Assembly: GCA_027064405.1 (NCBI GenBank)
Contig: JAMOPP010000161.1
Location: 1-35,724, forward strand
DNA from: Desulfurellales bacterium
GTDB taxonomy: Bacteria; Campylobacterota_A; Desulfurellia; Desulfurellales; Hippeaceae
DNA: 35,724 nt
Direction of reading: 5' to 3'
The notes beneath the pieces were generated by a model. The model was not told where the DNA came from and did no database searches. It saw only the letters and a list, made by a program, of their open reading frames with translations. A program made the position numbers and the translations under genes. This document shows positions 9,064 to 18,362 of this stretch, one piece after another. The stretch's first letter is position 1, and the number at the start of each line of letters is the position of its first letter.

Positions 9064-9627
9064 TTATAGTCTGTTAGCCCACTCTTTTTTTGCCATTTCG
9101 TATAAATCATTTCCGTGTGAATCGTAGCATACAAAAAGAGGCATATCTTCCACCTCAAGTCTTCTTACAGCTTCAGGTCCAAGTTCAGGATATGCTATAA
9201 TTTCAGCTTTTTTAACAGCCTGTCCTACCACAGCAGCAGCTCCGCCTATTGAAGCGAAGTAGCAAGCTTTGTATTTAACACAAGCATCTTTAACTTCCTG
9301 ACTCATCTTACCTTTACCTATCATACCTTTTTGACCTTTAGCAATCAAAATAGGAGCAAAGCTATTCATTCTGTAACTTGTTGTAGGTCCTGCTGAGCCT
9401 ATTGGTTTACCGGGTCTTGCCGGTGAAGGTCCTACATAATAAATAACTTGTCCTTTAGGGTCAAACGGCAAATCTTCGCCCTTTTCCAACGATGCAACTA
9501 TTCTCATATGAGCAGCATCTCTTGCCGTATATATTACACCTGACAAAAAAACACTGTCTCCGGCTTTTAACTTTATAATATCTTCATCGCTCAACGGCGT
9601 CGTCATTTTGTACTCTGCCATATTCAC
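9064..9627 (-). CDS. fumB: class I (Fe-S) fumarate hydratase, beta/C-terminal subunit
   Basis: 187 aa. The pattern GVIYTARDAAH...GPTTSYRM...GKG is typical of two-subunit FumA/TtdB-type hydrolyases. It lies 6 nt after the alpha-subunit gene. Confidence 0.88.
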   Translation of the reverse strand: MNMAEYKMTTPLSDEDIIKLKAGDSVFLSGVIYTARDAAHMRIVASLEKGEDLPFDPKGQVIYYVGPSPARPGKPIGSAGPTTSYRMNSFAPILIAKGQKGMIGKGKMSQEVKDACVKYKACYFASIGGAAAVVGQAVKKAEIIAYPELGPEAVRRLEVEDMPLFVCYDSHGNDLYEMAKKEWANRL

Positions 9628-9633
9628 ACTCCT

Positions 9634-10482
9634 TTAAAGCTCTGTCTCTTTGTGCCTATTTACGTGACAAGCCGTGTTGATAGCCAAAGGCAATGTTGCT
9701 ATGTGGCAAGGCTCCATCTCTATATGCACAGCAAGACATGTTGTTAAACCACCCAAACCGGCAGGTCCTACACCTGAATTATTGATTTTAGTTAATATTT
9801 CCTTTTCCATATCAGCCAAATCAGGATCTGTGCTAGGTTCGCCCACTTTTCTTAGAGTTGCATGCTTAGCCATAACAGCACTTCTTTCAAAATCCGCTCC
9901 TATACCCACACCTATTATCGTGGGAGGGCAAGGATTCGGACCGGCCTCTATGACCCAATCAACGACAGTCTTAACAATTCCATCTCTGCCGTCTGCAGGT
10001 TTTAGCATCTGAACCTTACTCATAGATTCACTGCCACCGCCCTTTGCGTCAAAGACGATTTTAACCTTATCTCCAGGTACAACAAATGTGTGAATTATTG
10101 CAGGAAGATTGTTTCCATAATTTGCTCTTGTTAAAGGATGGCATGAAGACTTTCTTAGGTAACCATCTTTATATGCCCTTTCAACGCCACTATTGATGGC
10201 ATCTACTATATAGCCGTCTACAAAATGAACATCCTGCCCAACTTCCACAAACAAAATACCTAAACCGGTATCTTGACAAAGAGGAAACTCTTCTTTTGAC
10301 GATACTTCAATGTTGCTAAAAATCGTATCGAAAACCTTTTTTGCTACTTCCGATTTTTCCTTTGCGTAAGCTTCTTTTTCTGCAGCCAATACATCCTCAG
10401 GTATATGGTATGCTGCATCCAATGCCATTTTATATACTGCTTGCTCTACATCTTTTACGCTTACCTCTCTCACTTTAGCCAT
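9634..10482 (-). CDS. fumA: class I (Fe-S) fumarate hydratase, alpha/N-terminal subunit
   Basis: 282 aa. It has PLCQDTG and cluster-Cys contexts (CPPTIIGVGIG) typical of the class I fumarase/tartrate dehydratase alpha subunit. Confidence 0.88.
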   Translation of the reverse strand: MAKVREVSVKDVEQAVYKMALDAAYHIPEDVLAAEKEAYAKEKSEVAKKVFDTIFSNIEVSSKEEFPLCQDTGLGILFVEVGQDVHFVDGYIVDAINSGVERAYKDGYLRKSSCHPLTRANYGNNLPAIIHTFVVPGDKVKIVFDAKGGGSESMSKVQMLKPADGRDGIVKTVVDWVIEAGPNPCPPTIIGVGIGADFERSAVMAKHATLRKVGEPSTDPDLADMEKEILTKINNSGVGPAGLGGLTTCLAVHIEMEPCHIATLPLAINTACHVNRHKETEL

Positions 10483-10503
10483 AATAAGATTCCTCTATTT
10501 ATT

Positions 10504-11460
10504 TTATAAAAGTTTAAGATCGTCAACTCTCTTGCATATTTCTGCTACATGATCTGCTGATTTCTGTAATTCAGCTTTCTCCTGCTCTGACAAATCTATC
10601 TCTATAATTTCTTCCACTCCGCCATTTCCAAGCTTCACAGGAACGCCAACAGGAAGATCATTTATACCATACTGTCCGTGCAAGAACGCATGGCAAGGTA
10701 TAACCGCTTTTTCATCTCTCAAAATAGATTCCGTCATCCAAGATAGACCTGCAGCAGGTGCCCAATAAGCACTTCCTTTCTTTAGAAGTTTTACTATTTC
10801 TCCGCCACCCTTTCTTGCTCTATCAACGATTTCTTCCAATCTGCCAGCTTCAATTAATTTATTTACAGGAACACCGTAAATCTGAGAATAATCCCTTAAA
10901 GGCACCATATCATCACCATGACTTCCAAGAGTCATTCCCCATACATTCTTAACCGATACACCCTTCTCAGCAGCCAAGAATGACATAAACCTAGCTGAAT
11001 CCAAAGCACCTGCCTGTCCTACAAGACGATTATCAGGGAATCCTGTAACCTTTTTTGCTGCATAAATCATAGCATCCAAAGGATTGGCTACTACGAGGAA
11101 TATACTATTAGGAGCATATTTTGCCACATTTTCCGCAACCTGTCTCATAATAGGAATATTCTTACCCAACAAATCATCCCTGCTCATTCCCGGCAATCTT
11201 GGGAAACCTGCTGTCATAACAACAACATCCGAATCCTCGATAGCTGCATAAATTTCGCCCTTTGATGAGCCTTTAATTTTAGTATCAAAGCCCAAAATAG
11301 GAGCAGATTCCATCATATCAAGAGCTTTTCCTTCAGGAAGATCCTCAACGACATCTGTCATTACTATCTCATCTGCTATTCCTCTCATAGCCATGATGAA
11401 AGCAGCAGACTCACCGACATGACCTGCACCGATTATACTGACTTTACGAATACCTAACAT
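10504..11460 (-). CDS. mdh: NAD-dependent malate dehydrogenase (LDH-like family)
   Basis: 318 aa. Rossmann fold KVSIIGAGHVG, substrate loop AGFPRLPGMSRDDLL, catalytic region GSHGD. GGAGG SD lies 7 nt upstream. Confidence 0.9.
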   Translation of the reverse strand: MLGIRKVSIIGAGHVGESAAFIMAMRGIADEIVMTDVVEDLPEGKALDMMESAPILGFDTKIKGSSKGEIYAAIEDSDVVVMTAGFPRLPGMSRDDLLGKNIPIMRQVAENVAKYAPNSIFLVVANPLDAMIYAAKKVTGFPDNRLVGQAGALDSARFMSFLAAEKGVSVKNVWGMTLGSHGDDMVPLRDYSQIYGVPVNKLIEAGRLEEIVDRARKGGGEIVKLLKKGSAYWAPAAGLSWMTESILRDEKAVIPCHAFLHGQYGINDLPVGVPVKLGNGGVEEIIEIDLSEQEKAELQKSADHVAEICKRVDDLKLL

Positions 11461-11523
11461 ACTGTAACCTCCTAAAAAAATATTAATTGTTTATGTTCTC
11501 TTCGTCGTATCCCACGATAATAA

Positions 11524-11551
11524 GGTATACTCAAAATCTTCTCTATGTCAA
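11524..11551 (-). promoter_or_regulatory. candidate promoter for mdh-fumAB
   Basis: Minus strand: TTGACA (11551..11546), 16 nt, TATACC (11529..11524). Confidence 0.3.
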
Positions 11552-11637
11552 TATTTTTTTTAGTATTCTATTTAAAAATTAAATTATTAATTGTTAACAA
11601 TGAATTGACAATTTCTCTATACCTATATTCAACGGTT

Positions 11638-12261
11638 TTATACATAAGGGTTAAAATTTAATTCATGCTCTATTGTCGTAACTTTTCCATGCCCCGGATA
11701 AACAACGGTTTTTTTATCTAATGTTAATAACCTTTTAATACTCTGCAATATTTCACCTCTATCTCCTCCCCTTAAATCATACCTGCCGATTGATTCAAAA
11801 AACAGTGTATCTCCGGTAAAAACTATTTTTATCTCCTTCTCATACAAACATATTGAACCCTTTGTATGTCCCGGTGTTTCCATTACGACTAACCCGTATT
11901 CGCCAACACTTATATTATCGTTTTCCTTTAAAAGAATATCCGCTTCATAGGATTGTTCGCAGTTTATCATAAGATTTATGGCATCCTTGTGAGAATCCGG
12001 CAAATCACGGGCATCCTTGTGAGAAATTGCAATGGGGATATCGTATCTATCTTTTAATCTTGAATTTGCACCTATATGGTCAAAATGATAGTGCGTATTT
12101 ATTATCATTAACGGTTTGTAGTGCCTTGATTCAATAGACTTTTCTATAATATTGGCATAATCTCCCGGGTCTATAATAACAGCTTCTTTACTTTTATCAT
12201 CCGCAAAAATATAACAGTTCTCCTGTAACACGCCCGTTACAATAGTTTCAACTTTATACAT
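11638..12261 (-). CDS. MBL-fold metallo-hydrolase (glyoxalase II-like)
   Basis: 207 aa. The THYHFDH (HxHxDH) motif plus downstream GHTKGS and YPGHG place it in the metallo-beta-lactamase fold. Confidence 0.8.
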   Translation of the reverse strand: MYKVETIVTGVLQENCYIFADDKSKEAVIIDPGDYANIIEKSIESRHYKPLMIINTHYHFDHIGANSRLKDRYDIPIAISHKDARDLPDSHKDAINLMINCEQSYEADILLKENDNISVGEYGLVVMETPGHTKGSICLYEKEIKIVFTGDTLFFESIGRYDLRGGDRGEILQSIKRLLTLDKKTVVYPGHGKVTTIEHELNFNPYV

Positions 12262-12275
12262 ATTTCCTCCGTTTT

Positions 12276-12304
12276 TTGACTTTTACAAATATAAATTATA
12301 TAAA
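12276..12304 (+). promoter_or_regulatory. candidate promoter for coaE
   Basis: TTGACT (12276..12281), 17 nt, TATAAA (12299..12304). Confidence 0.4.
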
Positions 12305-12350
12305 AATAACAAGAAAATTGAATAAAAAAAATTGAAAAAAGGGATGTTTT

Positions 12351-12953
12351 ATGCTTTTTGTCGGACTAAGTGGCTCTATCGCAACAGGTAAAAGCACGGT
12401 GGCGAAAGAATTTGAAAAATTGGGATGCCACATTATAGATGCCGATAAACTTGCTCACAAGGTATACGAAAAAGACTCCAAAGCATATTTTAAGATAATA
12501 GACATATTCGGAAGCGACATACTTAATAAAAGCGGAATGATTAATAGGACAAAATTAAGAAACAGAGTTGTAAATAATAAAAACAAACTACGACAACTCG
12601 AATCGATTATCCATCCTGAAGTTGAGCAACTAAGAAATCAAATCATAAAAAATATTACAAAAAAAGATAAAAATGCAATCATAATATACGATGTGCCACT
12701 ACTTTTTGAAAAAAATATGCAACATTTATTTGATTACACAATTGTTGTTTACACAGATAAAAAAACCCAACTTAACAGGCTAATGCAAAGAAACGGCTTA
12801 TCAAAACAAGAAGCCGAAAAACTCATATCTTTACAAATGGACATAGACAAAAAAGTTAAAATGGCGGACTTTGTCATAAACAACTCACTTTCCATACAGA
12901 ACACCTATCAACAAATAATTGAAGTTTTCAACAATTTAAAAGAAAAATTATGA
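12351..12953 (+). CDS. coaE: dephospho-CoA kinase
   Basis: 200 aa. N-terminal P-loop VGLSGSIATGKST and the overall CoaE pattern (IIDADKLAH..., HP.V). Confidence 0.88.
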   Translation: MLFVGLSGSIATGKSTVAKEFEKLGCHIIDADKLAHKVYEKDSKAYFKIIDIFGSDILNKSGMINRTKLRNRVVNNKNKLRQLESIIHPEVEQLRNQIIKNITKKDKNAIIIYDVPLLFEKNMQHLFDYTIVVYTDKKTQLNRLMQRNGLSKQEAEKLISLQMDIDKKVKMADFVINNSLSIQNTYQQIIEVFNNLKEKL

Positions 12954-13011
12954 CAACCCTACAAAAACCACCGCACACAATGGTCTATTTATCTGTTTTG
13001 TTACTTTATTC

Positions 13012-13040
13012 TTGCAATAACAAAAACTAAATATTATAAG
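13012..13040 (+). promoter_or_regulatory. candidate promoter for the HemN-like gene
   Basis: TTGCAA (13012..13017), 17 nt, TATAAG (13035..13040). Confidence 0.35.
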
Positions 13041-13071
13041 AGTTGGTACTTTAATTCTAAGGGAGGGTCTG

Positions 13072-14355
13072 ATGTTTTTGATTGAATCGTTTTTGAATAA
13101 ATTCTACAGAACAAAAATGAGAGCGGTTATGGAGTTTGATGATGTTACAAATGTATCCATACCTGAAAAGAAATCCAATGATAAGGATGACTATCTTTTA
13201 TATATTCATATTCCGTTCTGTGAGTCGTTGTGTCCTTACTGTTCATTCCATAGATTTGTGTTGGATAAAGAACTTGCAAGAAAATATTTTAAAGCCCTAA
13301 GAAAAGAGCTTCAAATGTATAAAGATTTGAAATACGATTTCAAAGGATTGTACATCGGCGGAGGAACGCCTACGATTATGATGGACGAGTTGCTTGAAAC
13401 TTTAAGTTTTACAAAAAAGCTCTTTAGTATCAAAGAAATTTCCGTAGAAACCAATCCAAACCATGTTACCGAGGAAAATATAAAACTTTTAAAAAAAGCC
13501 GGAGTAAATAGGCTTAGCGTAGGGGTTCAGAGTTTTGACGATGAAATATTAAAACAAATAGGAAGATATGAAAAATACGGAAGCGGAAAAGAAATTATAG
13601 ACAGACTTAAAAAAGCCATCGGTCAATTTGATACCCTTAATATAGATTTGATTTTTAATATGCCTACCCAATCAAAGGAAAGTTTAAACAGGGACTTGGA
13701 TATTATAGATGAAACGCTTGCGGAACAGGTAACATTTTATCCTTTAATGAGTTCTACAAATGTGGAAAAAAGCATCAAATCCACATTAGGAAATGTAGAT
13801 TACAAACAGGAGAAAAGCTTTTATTTTACAATACTCAACAGAATGAGAAAAAATTACACAGGTTCAACAGCGTGGTGCTTTTCAAGAGGAAGCAGTATGA
13901 TTGACGAATATGTTATAATTTACAACAAGTATGTAGGCGTGGGAAGCGGGGCTTTTGGTTATTTCAACGATTCTATTTATGCAAATACATTTTCCTTAAA
14001 CGAATATATAGACAAAATCAACAACAATGAACTGCCCATAGCAAGTGTAAAAACTTTCACGGAGAAGGAAAATATGCACTACTTTCTTTTAATGAAACTG
14101 TTTGGACTATCTATGAGTAAAGAATCATTTAAGGAAAAATTCGGCATTAAACTTTACAGTGCCTTGAGAAAAGAAATGGCTTTCTTAAAATTAATCGGGG
14201 CAATAAAGGAATCAAAGGGCATAGTGGAGCTTACGGACATAGGAAGGTATTATTGGGTAATGGGAATGAGAGAATTTTTCATTGCTGTTGATAACTTAAG
14301 GGATAAATGTAGAGCAAGAGTCAAATTAGATCCCAAAGAGACATACTATAAATAA
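13072..14355 (+). CDS. coproporphyrinogen III oxidase-family radical SAM protein (HemN/HemW-like)
   Basis: 427 aa. LYIHIPFCESLCPYCSF (CxxxCxxC) and YIGGGTPT motifs. GGGAGGG SD lies 4 nt before ATG 13072. Confidence 0.8.
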   Translation: MFLIESFLNKFYRTKMRAVMEFDDVTNVSIPEKKSNDKDDYLLYIHIPFCESLCPYCSFHRFVLDKELARKYFKALRKELQMYKDLKYDFKGLYIGGGTPTIMMDELLETLSFTKKLFSIKEISVETNPNHVTEENIKLLKKAGVNRLSVGVQSFDDEILKQIGRYEKYGSGKEIIDRLKKAIGQFDTLNIDLIFNMPTQSKESLNRDLDIIDETLAEQVTFYPLMSSTNVEKSIKSTLGNVDYKQEKSFYFTILNRMRKNYTGSTAWCFSRGSSMIDEYVIIYNKYVGVGSGAFGYFNDSIYANTFSLNEYIDKINNNELPIASVKTFTEKENMHYFLLMKLFGLSMSKESFKEKFGIKLYSALRKEMAFLKLIGAIKESKGIVELTDIGRYYWVMGMREFFIAVDNLRDKCRARVKLDPKETYYK

Positions 14356-14627
14356 AGCTATGGTTTCCACTACATATTTTGTGCAAATATTAAAATCCGA
14401 TATAATGTAAGCGTAAGCTTTTTGTAACAAGATATAAAAATAAAAGGCGGTTAACAAGCACAAAGGATTTAACAACAAACAACACAGGCTTTAAAGAACT
14501 GAAAAAACTTAAAAAGAATATTTGTCTATTTTAACCGAAGGGTTTATGAAAAAATATGATAGATAAGGCTATATATAACTATCTATTTATTTTAAAACTT
14601 ACACAAAATTAAGGGTGGGCTCTACAC

Positions 14628-14651
14628 AAGGCATCTTAATTAAGATGCCTT
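14628..14651. terminator. 24-nt perfect palindrome hairpin centred on the rpsT stop codon
   Basis: AAGGCATCTTAATTAAGATGCCTT. The T tract (attttctattttttt) follows only on the + strand, so it reads as an intrinsic terminator for + strand transcription entering rpsT. Confidence 0.5.
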
Positions 14652-14909
14652 ATTTTCTATTTTTTTATATAGTCTTGAAATAAGCCTTGCCGCTTTGTTC
14701 TTGTGAATTAGACCTTTTGTTTTAATCTTCTGTATTAGTCTTTCAGCCTGCCTCACCTCTGCCACAACCGTATCCCGGTTTTCTTCCTGTTGAATCACAT
14801 TTTCTGCTTTTTTCAGTATATTCTTCAACCTTGTTCTATAAAAACGGTTTCTTGCATATCGTTTTTCGGTTTGTTTTGCCCTTTTCAATGCTGATTTGTG
14901 ATTTGCCAT
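14640..14909 (-). CDS. rpsT: 30S ribosomal protein S20
   Basis: MANHKSALKRAKQTEKRYARNR... is the canonical S20 N-terminus. ATG 14909 has GGGAGG upstream. The track's extension to 14924 reads through that SD. Confidence 0.92.
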   Translation of the reverse strand: MANHKSALKRAKQTEKRYARNRFYRTRLKNILKKAENVIQQEENRDTVVAEVRQAERLIQKIKTKGLIHKNKAARLISRLYKKIENKAS

Positions 14910-14938
14910 TAAAATACCTCCCAATTTTTACTTTGTGT

Positions 14939-14967
14939 TTACTACCATAAAATAATTTTTTAGTCAA
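14939..14967 (-). promoter_or_regulatory. candidate promoter for rpsT
   Basis: Minus strand: TTGACT (14967..14962), 17 nt, TAGTAA (14944..14939). Confidence 0.4.
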
Positions 14968-15029
14968 CTATTTTAAATTATTGTATATGTGTGCAAATAC
15001 AACTTATATCTATATATTTCAATTTATTC

Positions 15030-15059
15030 TTCTATATTTTTCTATATTCTTTTATATCT
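15030..15059. repeat. three tandem 10-bp A/T-tract units upstream of the groES promoter
   Basis: TTCTATATTT / TTCTATATTC / TTTTATATCT at 15030, 15040 and 15050. The period is one helical turn, and the run ends 4 nt before the putative -35. Confidence 0.5.
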
Positions 15060-15063
15060 CAAC

Positions 15064-15091
15064 TTGAAAAAAAGATGAAATGTAGTATTGT
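15064..15091 (+). promoter_or_regulatory. candidate groESL promoter
   Basis: TTGAAA (15064..15069), 16 nt, TATTGT (15086..15091). It overlaps the start of the CIRCE operator, as is usual. Confidence 0.3.
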
Positions 15092-15117
15092 TAGCACTCA
15101 GTTGAGGTGAGTGCTAA
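15091..15117 (+). promoter_or_regulatory. CIRCE inverted repeat (HrcA operator)
   Basis: TTAGCACTC-agttgaggt-GAGTGCTAA is an exact match to the CIRCE consensus TTAGCACTC-N9-GAGTGCTAA. It lies 31 nt upstream of groES. Confidence 0.9.
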
Positions 15118-15147
15118 CAATAAAAAATTTTTAGGAGGTTGATGCTT

Positions 15148-15408
15148 ATGAAGTTCAAACCATTAATGGACAGAGTTTTGGCTAAGTTAGAGGAAAGTGA
15201 AGAAAAAACCGTATCGGGTATTATTATTCCTGATACTGCAAAGGAAAAGCCACAGAAAGCAACTGTTGTAGAAATCGGAGATGATGTTGAATTGGTAAAA
15301 CAGGGAGATACTGTACTGTTTGAAAAATATTCAGGCAGTGAGCTTAAAATTGACGATGAAACTTACATTATCTTAAAAGAAGACGAAATACTCGGTAAAT
15401 TTGAATAG
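15148..15408 (+). CDS. groES: co-chaperonin GroES
   Basis: [13 protein letters not shown]...[13 protein letters not shown]... AGGAGG (15133..15138) lies 9 nt before ATG 15148. Confidence 0.93.
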   Translation: MKFKPLMDRVLAKLEESEEKTVSGIIIPDTAKEKPQKATVVEIGDDVELVKQGDTVLFEKYSGSELKIDDETYIILKEDEILGKFE

Positions 15409-17052
<1,644 letters not shown>

Positions 17053-17077
17053 AAAAGAACTTGTTCAATCTTTTAAA

Positions 17078-17111
17078 GCCTTTTCGCCTTTGTGGCGGGG
17101 AGGCTTTTTTT
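17078..17111 (+). terminator. intrinsic terminator after groEL
   Basis: GCCTTTTCGCC-tttgt-GGCGGGGAGGC stem (with G-U pairs) followed by TTTTTTT. Confidence 0.75.
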
Positions 17112-17148
17112 GTTTGCAAATAAAGATTTTATTATATAGACTATATGT

Positions 17149-17598
17149 GTGTTTATATTGGCTCAATTTTTTATAATAGCGGCTTTTTCTTTACTGCTTC
17201 TTGAAATTATACTCTCAACCGGCGGGCTTTTAGCCTTCAGCGGAATTATCTCGTTTATCGTTGGATTTTTGGTTTTGCTCTATTTTAAAAGTTGCATACC
17301 ATCTTATTTTTATTATGCCGTAATGCCACTTTTCATAGCATTAAGTGCATTAAGCATAGTTATAGTTATCTTAGGATATAAAGCTCAAAAAAGAAAACTT
17401 GAAATAAGCGAAAATGAAATTATAGGAAAAACAGGCGTATGTATCAGACCAATATACGGCGATAAAGCCGGTCAAATAAAAATTGACGGTGAAATATGGC
17501 AAGCTTTCTCTTGCGAAGGCGATATAAAAAAAGGGGAAAATGTTACGGTTGTAGGCCAAGATTCTTTAAAGTTAAAGGTTAAAAAAGGAGTTAAGTAA
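17149..17598 (+). CDS. NfeD-family membrane protein
   Basis: 149 aa. N-terminal TM helices plus a C-terminal OB-like segment ([10 protein letters not shown]...[14 protein letters not shown]...GENVTVVG). The stop overlaps the stomatin start by 1 nt (TAATG), the classic NfeD-SPFH pairing. The GTG start is uncertain. Confidence 0.75.
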   Translation: MFILAQFFIIAAFSLLLLEIILSTGGLLAFSGIISFIVGFLVLLYFKSCIPSYFYYAVMPLFIALSALSIVIVILGYKAQKRKLEISENEIIGKTGVCIRPIYGDKAGQIKIDGEIWQAFSCEGDIKKGENVTVVGQDSLKLKVKKGVK

Positions 17599-18356
17599 TG
17601 TTTGGAGGATTTTCGTTTGTTCTACTGTTTGTTGTTTTTGTGATAGTCATAAGTTCGGTAAGGATTGTTAAGGAGTATGATCGAGGCGTCGTATTCAGAC
17701 TTGGAAGGGTTATGGGTGCAAAGGGTCCGGGTTTAATACTTTTATGGCCCGTAATAGATAAAATGACAAAAATTTCCTTAAGAGTGGTTACACTCGATGT
17801 TCCTCCTCAGGATGTTATTACAAGAGATAATGTTACAATAAAAATAAGTGCCGTTATATATTTTAAAGTAATAGATCCCGTTAAGAGTGTCGTGCAGGTC
17901 AATAATTATATGTATGCCATTGAACAACTTGCACAAACAACATTAAGAAGCATATGCGGGCAGGCTGAACTTGACAAACTCCTATCGGAAAGAGAGAAAA
18001 TAAATGCCGAGCTTCAAGATATTTTAGATACTCACACGGATACTTGGGGCGTTAAGGTAACACTTGTAGAAATGAAACAGATAGATTTGCCTCAGGATAT
18101 GCAAAGGGCAATGGCAAGACAGGCTGAAGCGGAACGAGACAGAAGGGCAAAGGTTATCAATGCGGAAGGTGAATATCAGGCGGCTGAAAAGCTAAAACAG
18201 GCTGCACAGATAATATCGGAATATCCTCAAGCTTTACAACTTAGATACCTTCAAACCTTGAACGAAATGTCATCTAAGAATAACGCAACAACAATACTTC
18301 CAATTCCTATTGACCTATTTAGGGGCGGAGGATTAGACTCTATCAAGAAAGTATAA
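17598..18356 (+). CDS. SPFH/band 7 (stomatin/slipin-like) protein
   Basis: 252 aa. N-terminal TM helix, then [14 protein letters not shown]...[16 protein letters not shown]...[18 protein letters not shown], typical of prokaryotic stomatins. Confidence 0.88.
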   Translation: MFGGFSFVLLFVVFVIVISSVRIVKEYDRGVVFRLGRVMGAKGPGLILLWPVIDKMTKISLRVVTLDVPPQDVITRDNVTIKISAVIYFKVIDPVKSVVQVNNYMYAIEQLAQTTLRSICGQAELDKLLSEREKINAELQDILDTHTDTWGVKVTLVEMKQIDLPQDMQRAMARQAEAERDRRAKVINAEGEYQAAEKLKQAAQIISEYPQALQLRYLQTLNEMSSKNNATTILPIPIDLFRGGGLDSIKKV

Positions 18357-18362
18357 ATCGCA

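Noticed and set aside
9674-10012. 112-aa + strand ORF, and similar shadow ORFs at 6010..8023, 10758..10952, 15363..16771, 19785..20808, 21164..22587 and 23594..23856
   Set aside because: All lie inside, and antisense to or out of frame with, strongly supported genes (fumA, sdhAB, mdh, groEL and the hyf-like genes).
11590-11601. 12-nt palindrome ATTGTTAACAAT upstream of the mdh promoter, considered as a regulator site
   Set aside because: By my rough estimate, tens of 12-nt palindromes are expected by chance in 35 kb at this AT content. It does not match a motif I can name; FNR/CRP sites would be TTGAT-N4-ATCAA or TGTGA-N6-TCACA.
14546-14566. Mini-ORF MKKYDR* with GAAGGG upstream in the long intergenic gap
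   Set aside because: Six codons, with no associated attenuator structure or regulatory codon run. It is indistinguishable from chance.
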